Assembly (NCBI GenBank): GCA_965112155.1
Contig: OZ218098.1
DNA length: 64,000 nucleotides
Reading direction: 5' to 3' (one strand)
DNA from: Podarcis liolepis
Taxonomy: Eukaryota
The notes under the pieces were generated by a model. It worked only from the letters and a program-made list of their open reading frames with translations, was not told where the DNA came from and ran no database searches. A program made the translations under genes and the position numbers. Shown one piece after another: positions 49,251-61,600 of the stretch. The number at the start of each line of letters is the position of its first letter. Within the stretch, counting starts at the first letter, position 1.

Positions 49251-49317
49251 TTTACGGTGCTTTTATTAAGTCCCCCCCTTTCCCCTTTACATAATCTTGT
49301 GTGTTGTGGTTTTGGTT

Positions 49318-49506
49318 AACAACACAGGAAAGTCTTTTATGTTGAGTCAGACCATCTAAGCTGGCTGTTGTCTGTACTGCAAGGTAGTGGCTGTCCAAGG
49401 TTTCAGATGGGGGTCTACCTATTTCCAGCCCTACCTAGAGATGTCAGGGATTGAATTTGGGACCCTCTATATAAGTGAAATGTGTGTCCCTACCACTGAG
49501 CTACAA
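49318..49506 (-). mobile_element. tRNA-derived SINE (Squam3-like), older copy
   Basis: Shares CCTACC.GGAGATG..GGGATTGAA..TACCACTGAGCTA with 30527-30720. Confidence 0.7.
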
Positions 49507-51443
49507 TAAGCATCTCTGGCCGATATATGCACAAAATGGTGAGGCTGGAAAGAGTGTCTTAAATAAGGGGTGCATAGATTTTGCATCTGTCCCAGATGAT
49601 GCACTAACAAACCCACGAGTATCAACTTGGCCAACACAAACACAGGAGAGTCAGATGGGACCAACAAGTCCCTGCACTTTCAGAATTCACAACTGGTGAT
49701 AGCTGCTCTAAACGAGAGGCCAGAATGAAAGGTTTTCTGGATGTCTGTTAAATCAGCAAAGGATCTCAGTGCAAAATACATGGTGGTTCTCCTGGATCAC
49801 CTGGTTTCATGACAGACAGGGGGTAGAAAACTGAGGCAAAGGGTTGGTGAGGAGTCTAGCTGGGCTGGGTGAGTAACAAGCTATGGCTCCAATTCCTAAT
49901 GGGCTCCTGAGAATAATTGGCGGCTTCCAAAGGAGTAGTTGTGAGAATGGGATGTCAGGGTAGGGTCACACGAGGCACCTTGGTGTCACCAAGCTTAGGA
50001 TACCTCAGGGTCTGCCTTCCATCTTTGGATGGCCTGGCATCTCTCTCCACCTCTCCCCCCAAGCTGACTGCATTAAACAAGTTCAGCTTTCAATAGAAAG
50101 CACCACGTGATTACAGCTGCCAAGCCCAGGGGGTACAAATTAAAACACACACACCCCAGTTCACATTTTTAGGAATTATTTTATTAGGGAGGTATATCGT
50201 TTCAAAATAAATACTTAACACATTTCCAGTAAAACATGTGGAAGGGGGGGAAGCAAAGCATAACAATATCAAACATGGAACTGTTCAAGCAATGACTACT
50301 AAAATGCTCCCTAATGATAATCGCCATGTAAAATAAAATTGTTTCCTCACTAATCTTGCTGCTGCTCTGACTTCAGACAAAATATGTTACGCGTGAGCAA
50401 GTGCTAACATTGATCTATGACAGGCTGTCCCACAAGTGCACAATCACATCAGGGTAACGCCCCGCCCCCCCAAATCAGCCCAGAGATTTCTGGTCTCAAG
50501 TAAGACTAATACAAAAAAAAATTAGTTCTAAAGGTTGGGTCTTATTCTCTATTTGGCACTTTGGATTTTCTGCAGATTGCAGGTCAGGCTGGTGTGCATC
50601 ACTGGAACAGAGAGGGCACAAGTCCCTTGTCACAGCAACCACAGCATCTGTGGCAATATTACCAATCCACAAGCTGCTACTGGTTGCAAGGAAACTGGAT
50701 AGAGAGAGAACAGGAGAGGAATGGGTGCTGTAAGGACAGCAGCAGCAAGCGGCATTAAAAAAGGAAGAAAAGACACTGTGAAAACTTGAGAACAATGCTA
50801 CACTAGCAAGATACAGGCAAGCCATTAAGGCAAGCTATTGTTCCATTGGCTTCTGGTGTAATCAGATGCCATTCTTCAGTCTGAGGAAACCATATTAAGT
50901 GCCAAGTCACGCAAAAGCTCGCACCTGCGTCACCCTATTTCAGCCTTTATCCAAAAGACTCTAAATTTGGCATTACAAAGCCTTTTCCAAGACAAAAAGT
51001 GGGAGAGGTTGGCTTCCCCTAGCTGGCACACAGCTATGGTGCATAGCTTCTTACTACTTGTGCTTAATTTACAGGTTGGTGGTTATTAGAGCCAAGACTA
51101 ACCTAGACCATAGCATTTTAACATGTTTTTGTTTTTTTAAAGAAGTTAGGGTTAAAGAACATCATGGATCTCTTTTCCTTTCAAACACCCAATGCATGTC
51201 AAAATACTAGGTTTTGGCAATAAAATCTGGATTTCGTCCAACTAAAGCAATTAAAAATTAAAGCAGAAAAAAATACTGAATTTTACTTGATGAAACAAGC
51301 ATTTATAACCCTGGTTATTTTCCCATCTGACCAGATGGGTTGCTACAGAAGAGGCCATATAAATTATAACATATTAGCAGCAAAACAAACACAGCAGTAT
51401 AATCATTCTGCCTTAAGCAGCAACTTACTAGAAAAACCTAAAT

Positions 51444-51717
51444 CAGTGGTTCCCACACTTTATTTCCCACTCAAAAATTGCTGAGTGACTAAAATGACCC
51501 CCCCCGCCTGTTCTAGCAACTGCAATGTGCTGCGCTAGATGCTGTGTGATTTTTAATTTCATTTCTATTGCTTCTTTTATTTTTTATATTTTAATGTATT
51601 ACAATTTGAATCCCCTAGAATTCAAATTGTAAGTGTTCTTTGCATACATGTCACAGACCACCTAGATGAAGCTAGCAGACTACTAATGGTCCACAAATCA
51701 TAGTCTGGGAACCCCTG
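51444..51717. mobile_element. hAT-type MITE in the putative PNPLA2 3'UTR
   Basis: CAGTGGTTCCCA ... TGGGAACCCCTG TIRs; degenerate 8-bp TSD ACCTAAAT/ATTTAAAT. Confidence 0.7.
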
Positions 51718-54544
51718 ATTTAAATTGTGCAAGACATTAAAAAAACAACAACATAAGATACAGTGTTGAATAAGTTAGTGGCTGACTATATATGTACACA
51801 TACAAACATGTTTACTGTTTTCTTACAGGAAAGAAGTTCACATTTACATTATGATAAAACAACAGGGGAAAATTAGCACATGGCAGAACTTGGGATGACG
51901 AAGGCCATGTCTTTTTTCTGAATATTTCAAAATACAAGAACTCCCCCCCCCTAAAAAAAATATTACTTGGAGCAGACCAAATGGTACTTCACATGAATTA
52001 CAAGAAGTCTCTAGCTATTATCATCTTTCTATAGGAGAGAAGAGACTTTTTGATATACAAGCACTCCTTAAAAGAAAAAAGATTCTGGGTGCTATTTCAT
52101 GCTAATCACACTCAGAGCAGACCCACTGAAATCCATGGACTTGCAGTATTTCAATAGGTTGACTCCAAGAGCCCTGCTTAGAGATGCTTGCTATTATTTC
52201 ATGGAAGAAGGGTGAGATAGATGTTTACTATGATGCACTCTTCATGAGCATTTCCCCCCTCCCAATGAGAATACAGGGGATCATGCAAATATTTGCATGA
52301 AACAGGTAGCAACAATTTAACAGCAATTTAACAATTTAACTCCAAATAAGGAGTTCCATTTTTAGGTAAGGCCCTCCACAGAAATGGCACCACAGACTAT
52401 ATTTCAGTTAAAATGCAGAGGACCTCTAAATTTTCCTCTGCACAAATAGCTGCTGTCTGCATTGTTTTCTTAACCAACATAAAACTAAACACACATGCAA
52501 CATCTCCAAAGTTGAGTCCGCAGCTAGAGCTCCAAGGCAAATGTTTGTAGAGAGAACAGTAAATTCCTTGCCACCCTGTGTGTTTACATAAAGTTATAGA
52601 AGAGGGACTATTGCATTGGCTAGTGCCAAATGCTCACCACTCCCATCCTGCCTAGTCACAAAGGCTTCATACTTGAATAATTCCACGTTTCTAAACTACT
52701 TACAACATTGTTAAGGCAGGCACTTATGCTACATGAGCAGTCAATTATGAATTGGAATATTTTTCTTTTAGCGCCAAGATGGTTTTCATAACGCTACTCA
52801 TTCTCAAAATCTGTTTAGCAGCTGTGTCACTCCAGAAGCTCTGCAGAGGAAAGCATTTCTAGAAATCCTAGTATTGGCCACCATAAAAAAAATGCACTAC
52901 AAAGTCATAATGTCCTGACTTGAGCCCATTTCAAATCATTATACTCTGAATTTTCTTTTTTTTAAAAAAAAAGCGCCCCAAGGATGTACCTCATGGGCCT
53001 CAAAGAGTCTCATAAAGCTCAGCAGTGCAACACACCACTACTCAGATGCTTTGGAATGAACAAAACCACAAATCTATTCAATGTACACTGAGTAGTGAGA
53101 TATGCCTACCAAAGAATGCCCACCCCTTTGTTCTGCAGTGGCACTCTGAATTGTATCTCTATTAACACTGCTTAACTGATATGTACTGTGCCAGCTCCCC
53201 CTGCCCCTGAATACCCCTTGGATTCTCTTTGGCATTCAACTGATTGACTGCGTTGTGAGAGGATCGAAGATGGTAGGTTAGTGTGCAAAGGAAGTCAACC
53301 TCCGCGCAGTACAGATACAAAGACTTGTTTCTCCCTGTAGCACAAACCTATCTGTGCTTTCATGGTACAAATCACAACAGGGAAGAAATATATATTTATA
53401 TTATATATACAGATATATAGATATGCCCCAAAGCCAATGGAAAAGCAAGCCACAGAAAATAGTATTGCTATATGATAAGGGATGCTGCTGCTTTGCTGCC
53501 ACAGCAAATCTCTGCTAGGCTACGCAGTAGCATGAACAAGGCAACAGCAGTGAAATGTGAGATAACAGTTTAGTGCTGATACAATTAGTAGTCTGTACAT
53601 CACATCTGAAAGGCATCTGTAGGGAGAGGGATTCTATATAGCAGACAGGACATGTGCTGCTACATGGAGTGCTTAACCTTTAACACACACTGCAGTGAAC
53701 AATTCCAGCAAGTGGGGAACTTTGCAAAAGCATTGGGAATACATACCAGATCTTTGGCTCAGAAAACTTGAGAACCTGGCAAGTAACTAAATGTCCTTCT
53801 TCTGGCTCTATGAACTATAGGGGGGAAGCCCTCCAGGTTAACCTAAGACATGAATCCCTGTTTCATTTGCAGAACAGGAACCAAGATCCACTGAACTAGC
53901 CTGTGGTACAGTGGAGGGAAACCTGTGGTCCACCAGATGTTGGACAACGCCTCCCACCTTCCCTGACCATTGGTCATGCTTTCTGCAGCTGATGGAGTCC
54001 AAAAACATCTGGAGAGTGCAAGGTTCCCCACCTCTGACACAGGTGGATAGAAAGAAGGATGTGCATTCACTTCTGACACTCTTTTCACACTGTACTGCCA
54101 TCCCTTTTAGGACCTCCAGCTCCTGACCCTCCTGACTAACACCCACACTAGTCACAATTCTGTTGGGGTTGCCAGGTCCTTTCAAAAGTGATCAAATATA
54201 CCACTGGCACAAAGTGCATATGGATTCCTCGAGGTTAAATCCAGTTTGGCCAGCATCAGTTTTGGCCTCCACCTTCACTTTCATTTTGTGAGTGGCAAAA
54301 CACCCCTTCTCTCCTCACATGCTCAGCTCCATCTCATCAGATGAGCCACAAACCATTTGAAAAACATACACTAAGCTCTCTTAGCTCCTGCATTCTTCCT
54401 CTATCCTTCTTTACATCCTTTCTGCACATTTGAAGAATAATGTAGTAGTGTTGTTTTGGGTGGGTGGGTGGAAATAGCATCATCCAAACAACATGGAGCA
54501 TCGAAAAGAAAAGAACAGCATAGCTCAAGCATACATTTAGGACT

Positions 54545-54645
54545 GTATTCAATTCAATTTTACTCAGATGAGACCCACTGAAATTAATGGATCTAAATTA
54601 GTTACGGCCATTAATTTCAATGGGCCTACTTTTAGTACAACCCTT
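54545..54645. repeat. Old palindromic MITE-like repeat
   Basis: TTTACTCAGA..GACCCACTGAAATTAATGG...CCATTAATTTCAATGGGCCTAC self-complementary. Related copies near 29150-29205, 35300-35425, 52090-52170, 57125-57237. Confidence 0.6.
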
Positions 54646-55419
54646 ACGAAGCACGTTTCAGAGCTTCTAATATTTTCTCTCTCCATAGTTAAAAAAAAAG
54701 TCCATTAGAAGAGGGTGATCCTGAGAGGAACAAGGAACTCTAGTGTTCTAAGAGTTCATTTTTACAAGTCTACATTCCTAACATCTATATTAAGAGCAGT
54801 GGCACCCAGATAGATTTGAAAGAGAATGTGGGGCACAGGCATTTAAAAAGGTGCATCAGCTGAGAGTTGAAAACCAAGGGCTGCCTTAGATAACAAGAGC
54901 CAATCTGGCAGCCAGTTGTTGTAGCCTGCCTGCTTTTCACTATTCTGTGTAGCGCAGGCAAAGATGATCTATGAGGGACTCGGCTTTCTTCAAAACAAAG
55001 ACCCTTTTACAACACTGATGTAAAACAAAGGAGGTTAAAGCAAAGAAATGCCAGAGTACTGATTTGTGTCCCAATCCTCTTATCACAAACGGCAAGTTCA
55101 ATATGATATGAGGCCTCTGAAAAGGTGTCCCAAGCAAAACTCTTTTCGGTTCAACCAAGAGACCAAGCACTTTTGTCACATGTGCTGGGCATTTATACAC
55201 CATCATCTCTAAGAGTGTACGCAACGCCCGACACATTGCTATGGGTTTGAACACTGTGCAGCCAACAGCTTAGCAGGTGCACAATGGCTATATTGATGTA
55301 AATTCTCACTCTGCAAATGAGAAAATAAGAAGTCTCTTAGCAGGTGTTACAGCTCCATTAGGACGCTGTTGAGAGGCAGCGGCTGTCTACCCTCCCCTGC
55401 CCAAAGTGTGGCAACAAGA

Positions 55420-55684
55420 TCAGAAAAGCTGGAGGCTTTCTTGTGTGCAGCTTGCTGGCGGGTGCCTCATCTGCAGCCCTTCTGATGGGAAGATGGACGC
55501 CTGCAGGTCCACGTTAATGCAGAACAACCCCAGCATCAGCTGGCGCTGGTACTCCTCCCATTTTGTCATAACGTCCGTCAGGGAGAGGTTACTCCGCAGC
55601 CACTTGGGCAGCGCCTCCCCATAGCCGATGCTCAAGGGGAGGGGCAAGCTTTGGCTTTTTCTGAGTTCCAGGTGGTAGTACAGC
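55420..55684 (-). CDS. PNPLA2: PNPLA2 last coding exon
   Basis: [16 protein letters not shown]...[32 protein letters not shown]...LQLF-TGA. Confidence 0.93.
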
Positions 55685-58600
55685 CTGAGAGAGAGAGAGA
55701 AAGAGAGAGAGGAAGATGTTTAGTTTGTTTGTCATGCTGTACTCACAAGCGCTGCTTGCTGCACTGGAGCTTCCAGGCTAGACATGGAGATACAGAGAGA
55801 GGAGTGGGGGATAAAAGATCACACATTCCCCATTGCAATTTCCCCTTAACAGTACAAGATGCCAGTGTGATGCTACCGTCACATACAAAAAGTCAGCAGC
55901 ACAGGCTAGGATCATGGAAGGTGCAGGTGAGCAGTGCTCAGATTGTCCTTGCATGCCTCAATACTGACCTTTGACACCCTGGCTATCCTAGTCCTGCCCC
56001 TTCCTAGTCCCGTCATTGGCCCATAAGCAGAAAGTGCCACGTGAGCTGACTGAGGTCCAGGGGAAACTTGGAGCCTCCAGAGTCCCCAGGCTGACGGTCG
56101 TCACACTGCTGAGTTTCATTCGGTCTGAGAAAGTGAGTCAGGTGTACAAGTGAGAACACAAGCTGCGTAGAGTGGGCTGCTCTGCAAAATGAGATTCTCC
56201 ACTGGCAGAATGGGCTCCGTTATCTCTCGATAAAACCTGCACCCCGCCGAGTGAAAGCTTTGTTACTCAAAGCTGTTTCAAACAACACATTTGTCTGCAC
56301 AAACCATCCTGATATCTTTTGCATGTTGACAGTTGACATACAGAACTGTCCTGAGAAATTAATGTGTGAATTGGAAGATCGTAGAAAAATCATCTGCTAT
56401 TGCAGGAACGAACATTTTTATAAGTCATTCCATGGAAAGTAAAGGGAAATAGGGTCCCTGTTGTTAGGTTGGAAAAATATATACGTAGTGGCTTTCTCTC
56501 CTCCTTACTTTTTAAAAAAGTTGTTGTTGTTGTTGTTGTTATTTAATTAAGCATATAAACAATTGCTAAAGTAGGAAATAACAAACAACTTGTCCCAATA
56601 AAATCATATACATTTGTCTTGCTATACAACATCTCATTTGGTTGCTCTAAAAGATCACACCACGTTTCCCTGTGAGTGTTAGGTGGATTCCTACCACTAT
56701 CCAAACAATTTATATATTCAATGATTTTTTTTTTGCCATGTATTATAAAAAGAATAGGGATGGTGTTTGCCCTTTGCTGTTCTGACCTGACATGTTAGTT
56801 TCTCTGCCAATGCTATTGACCACCGACTATTATACCAAGAATCAATGTTCAGCCCAAAGCCAGTTTTCCAGCATCCATGGCTATCTCCATATGGGCAACC
56901 TCTGGCTATCTCCCCCCCCCCCCACCTTTGAGATAGAATCCAATCACTTTTTGGCAGTTCACACACAATACATTTTTGCCCACTGTCCTGAACTGCCCTG
57001 GGAACATGTTCACATACAGAAAAAAAAACTGAACCAAGAGTGAGCAAATAGATGCATTTGAAGAGGGTTGTTTGGGTTTTAAACTTAATCCAAGATAGCT
57101 CTTCAGAACACTCTGTATATGGGATGCTACTATATCTAAGTTTTACTCAGAGTAGATCTAATGAAATCAAAGACCCTAACAGGTTCATTAATTTCAATGC
57201 GTTTAACTCTGGAGTAAAACTTAGTTGAACACCACCCTTGGAAATTAGGCCTTTTTCTTTTGGAAAGAAAATTAGGCCCTTTCAAATATGTTACGTACAA
57301 CATCTAAGGACTTCAGACACTTAGTTATGTTATTTCACCGTCAAAACAAAACTGGGGACTGTCAAGCCTGGGTTTTCAGTTATTTGGTTTCTTGAAAAAG
57401 AAGCGCACAGTGCTGGAATTGCCTGTAGTTTCATAACCATGCATTCGGTTACCTAGGCACAGTAACACTAAACCTTCCTGAAGAGTAAGGCACCTTTATT
57501 TTATAGAGGGCTGTGCAAAGTAAGATGACACATCTAGAACTGCCATCTTAAGCACACAAACTTGGAGGAGAGTACAAAGGGGCTGATTTCTGAATAAGCA
57601 CGGTCAGATTGGAGGCCAAAGTCCCCCTGATTACCATTTATATGGCGCCAGTCCTATGGCAACTCCCAGTGTCGCAATACATAGAAAAGCAAACAAGATA
57701 ATCCTACCTGGCTGAGAGATGGCTTCCCAGCTTCTTCTTGGCTTTCCTCATCAGATAGTGGCAGACTTTCCTCGTCTGCTCCTTCATCCACCTGATATCC
57801 TCAGGGACATCTGGCAGCCATTCAAGCAACCTGAAGGAGACAGGTGACCAACAGGGACACTGTTACGTAACGCAGGCCATTGCTACACTGCAAGCACGAA
57901 GGAGCACCAGCCACGTTGCAGCTTTGCAATGGTGTTCTTAAAAACAGCCTGCACAAGGGCGCCTCTTGTGACAATGGCAAGTATTCACATAAAGAGCATG
58001 CCTCCCCTTGCTAGAGTAGACCAGTGACCTTTCTCGTCCAGAATCCCATTTTCCATGGTGGCTAACTAGGTGTCTATGGGAAGCCCAGATGCAGCACATG
58101 AGAGCAAGAGTTTGTTCCTGCTACTGTTTCCCAGTGGCTGATAGCCACCTCTGACCCTGCACATAGACCTCATGGCTAGTAGCCATTGACAACCACATGG
58201 GAGAGGGTTCTTGGCTTTCAATAAATTCCCTTGGAGTGGATTTTACCCTTGTTTTATTTAGAACCAAGTCCCACAGAATAGCAAGTTCTTAACGATGCAG
58301 ATAATACAGCAATCTAGGTCCCAATCACAAGCATTTCCCAAAAGCATATCAGAAACAGGATTTAGAGCATACCTGACAGTGAAGGAGAGAGCCGACTCCA
58401 GAGGAAGAGTGTATGGAAGCATCAAGGTAGAGGCCAGGCGCACAGGCAACAGGTTGGCAATGCCGGAGAACAATCCCCTCCTCTCAGCACAGGCTTCCAA
58501 GAGGGCTGGAGATGGAGACAGTGAGTTATTCCAGTCACCAATTCAATGGGGAAAGCAGAGACTGCCCCCTCTCAATTTTTAGAGGAGAAACACCTGTCCA

Positions 58601-61600
58601 AAATTTAGCCCTCTTGTGGCTCCAAACATCAGCCCAAAAGGCAAGGAATAAAAATACAGTATAAGACTTCGCTCAGCTCATGAGAAGCAACCAGAGGGAT
58701 TTCTATTACTCTTCTTCCCCAGAGAAAGAGACCAAGCCTGCTTTGTTTGCCCCATGCCTCATTTAAAAGGTAGTATTCACTATAGAACTTGAATGCCTCT
58801 GAAACCTTCAATTCTGTTGGGCTGTATGAGTTAGCAACATGTTATTGCCAGGGCCCTGAAGGCCCTGCAGTTCAAAAACAACAACATTAACTTGTAATTT
58901 CCCAATGCAGGTGTAGGTTTGAAATGAAGTGAGGGACTTCACATGCTACAACAGGAGTGGGAATTGGAAACACAAGTCACCAACATTTTAAAAGCAATTA
59001 CTGGATGTTCAGACTACTTTGAAGATCCACAAAATCTCTCTAGCCATAAACATGCATCTACTACTAAGCAGGGGGACCAAGAGGTTTGTTATAGGCGGGA
59101 AGATTGTGTCAATTCTAGAGCTGGCAGCAAATCACTTTATTCATCTCTCCTCAGCACTGATCCCCATCTTATCTGTCTACAGGCATTTCCCGACAATTTT
59201 GCTGGTTTTTATGCTTCTGTGTCTACTATCCGTTATCTCATGAGTCACCTAAGAGAAGTTCCAATAGGAAAATAAAAAACTATAGCCAGACCCTAAATCA
59301 AGGCAGGCAGCCTGTTCTTCTCAGATACCAACTTTACTGGGCAGTGGAGGTTGGAACCAGAGTTTCAAGTCAGTGCTGTGCACCAACTTCAGAATTTCCA
59401 CATGCATATGTGAACACATGCACACTTTCAAAACATTGCTCAGTACACTTGTGTTACTAATGGGAAATAGAGATTTTCTGAAGTCCTGCGATATGTCTGC
59501 AGGGGGCCATGGAGCAAATTGTATCCCCTTACATTAGCCATAGGGACGCAGGTGGCGCTGTGGATTAAACCACAGAGCCTAGGACTTGCCGATCAGAAGG
59601 TCGGCAGTTCAAATCACCACGACGGGGTGAGCTCCCATTGCTTGGTCCCAGCTCCTGCCAACCTAGCAGTTTGAAAGCACATCAAAGTGCAAGTAGATAA
59701 ATAGGTACCGCTCCGGCGGGAAGGTAAACGGCGTTTCCGTGCGCTGCTCTAGTTCGCCAGAAGCAGCTTAGTCATGCTGGCCACATGACCCGGAAGCTGT
59801 ATGCCGGTTCCCTCGGCCAATAAAGCGAGATGAGTGCCACAACCCTAGAGTCGGTCACAACCGGACCTAATGGTCAGGGGTCCCTTTACCTTTACCTACA
59901 TTAGCCATACTGCCCACCCTGTGTATTTCATGTATTCACAGTTTCCTAATTTACCTTTGGACATGGCCAATTATGGCCAACTATACAATGAAATCAATTT
60001 AACCATCATGGCTTCCTCCGCAGAGCCTGGAACGTAGTTCGACTATGTACCAGGGAAACCAAATCATCTGCACAGAACAAAATAAAACGTATGCATATGT
60101 GCAGAATCGGAATGTCTATCTTTTAGCCTCTCAACATTCCTCTTTCTTCCGCTTCTCCCGTTTTCTCCCACAAAGGAAAAAAGCAGGACATAAGTCAGGG
60201 GTGGGGAACTCGTGGCGGAGGCCCAACATCAGATGCTGCTGAACTACATGTTCCTCACCCCTAGAGCATTATAAAAGCCTCAGCCTAGTCTGTGTAATGA
60301 GGAGAGCCTTGGGTCAGACACAGACACACAGCAGCCTCTCCAACCCAAGATCATACCTTGGTTCAGTTTAGGAGGCAAGTGTTCAAGAATGTGATCTTCA
60401 GCCTCTGCCAGTGCAGCATTCTCTCCCAGCTGGTCCTCTTCCCCTGCCTCCTCCTCCTCCTCTTCTTCAGCATTCCTCACCCCGGCACCATTTTCAATAG
60501 CCAGCAAAGGGTTGGTGGGTCTTGGATGATGGAGAAGACCTGAGGAAGAAGGGAGAAGGAACTGTTGTGCTTCAACCAAAAACTTAATATGCTTTGCAGA
60601 TTATCTTTCCTGACAGTGGAGAAAGTGGCAGTCACAGCCAAAAGCCACCTGCTGTCACAGAGGATATCATGTACAATAAGCACTGGACATGAAATTGCCA
60701 CCAAGGCATGTGAGACAGCTGTGCAAGGCAAGAGGGTTTACAAAGCAGAGAGAAATAGCTCCTCGGGAAAAGACTCAGTGGGCATCAATGCTACACTCTT
60801 TTGGGTACCAGGTTAAAACTTATTTGTTTAGTCAGACTTTTTTTTTAAGTGCTAAATTTGTTTTTGGAACTTTTTTTAAAAAACCACAGGTATCTTAAAA
60901 CAATAGATCTATGGTGGATTATGTTTTCCTTTCTTTGTTATAACTGTACACTGCAATCGGATCTGTTTGAATAAAGTTTAGTTTACAAATATTTAAAAGA
61001 ATATTGTAACACGTATGTTGTACATACTGTGTGCTGTCTAATACCTAGAAGTATTGTGCAGCAGAAGTATGTTGTTTCTTGTAAAACATGCGCATGGAGG
61101 GACATTTAAATGTTAAATCCTGCCCACAAATATACCCCACCACTGCAGACTGAAGCAACGGAGTTCTAAGAACTCAGTACCACGTGGTTTATCTATCCAG
61201 GGACCTCCAACTCCCAATAGTCTGTGATCAACTCACAATATAAAAAAACTGGCAGTGATCTACTCATTGTCGTAAAAAGAATGGCAGTGATCTACCCAAA
61301 GGTGGAGCTTTTTTTAGGAAGCCAAAGTTGGTGGGAGTTTTTGGTTTTTTGTTGTTGTTGGGTTTTTTTTGCTTTTTTTGTAAGGAGATCGCTGAGGGGC
61401 CAGAGATCAACCAGGACCTACCAGGAACACCCTGTGATCTACCAGTAGATTGCGATCTACCTGTTGGACATGCCTGAAGTGGTACCTCGGGTTACAAACA
61501 CTTTGGGTTACAGACTCTGCTAACTAGGAAGAAGTACCTCGGGTTAAGAACTTTACCTCAGGATGAGAACAGAAATTGCGTGGCAGCAGCGGCGCGGCAG

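Larger units (their letters stand above)
50160..55419 (-). other. PNPLA2: Probable long 3'UTR of PNPLA2
   Basis: Follows the stop codon; AT-rich UTR-like blocks; minus-strand AATAAA at ~50180-50185. The true end is not proven. Confidence 0.45.

Noticed and set aside
49720-50110. Possible second LTR
   Set aside because: Has an ATTAAA and some LTR-like composition, but I could not find TG..CA ends with a matching TSD.
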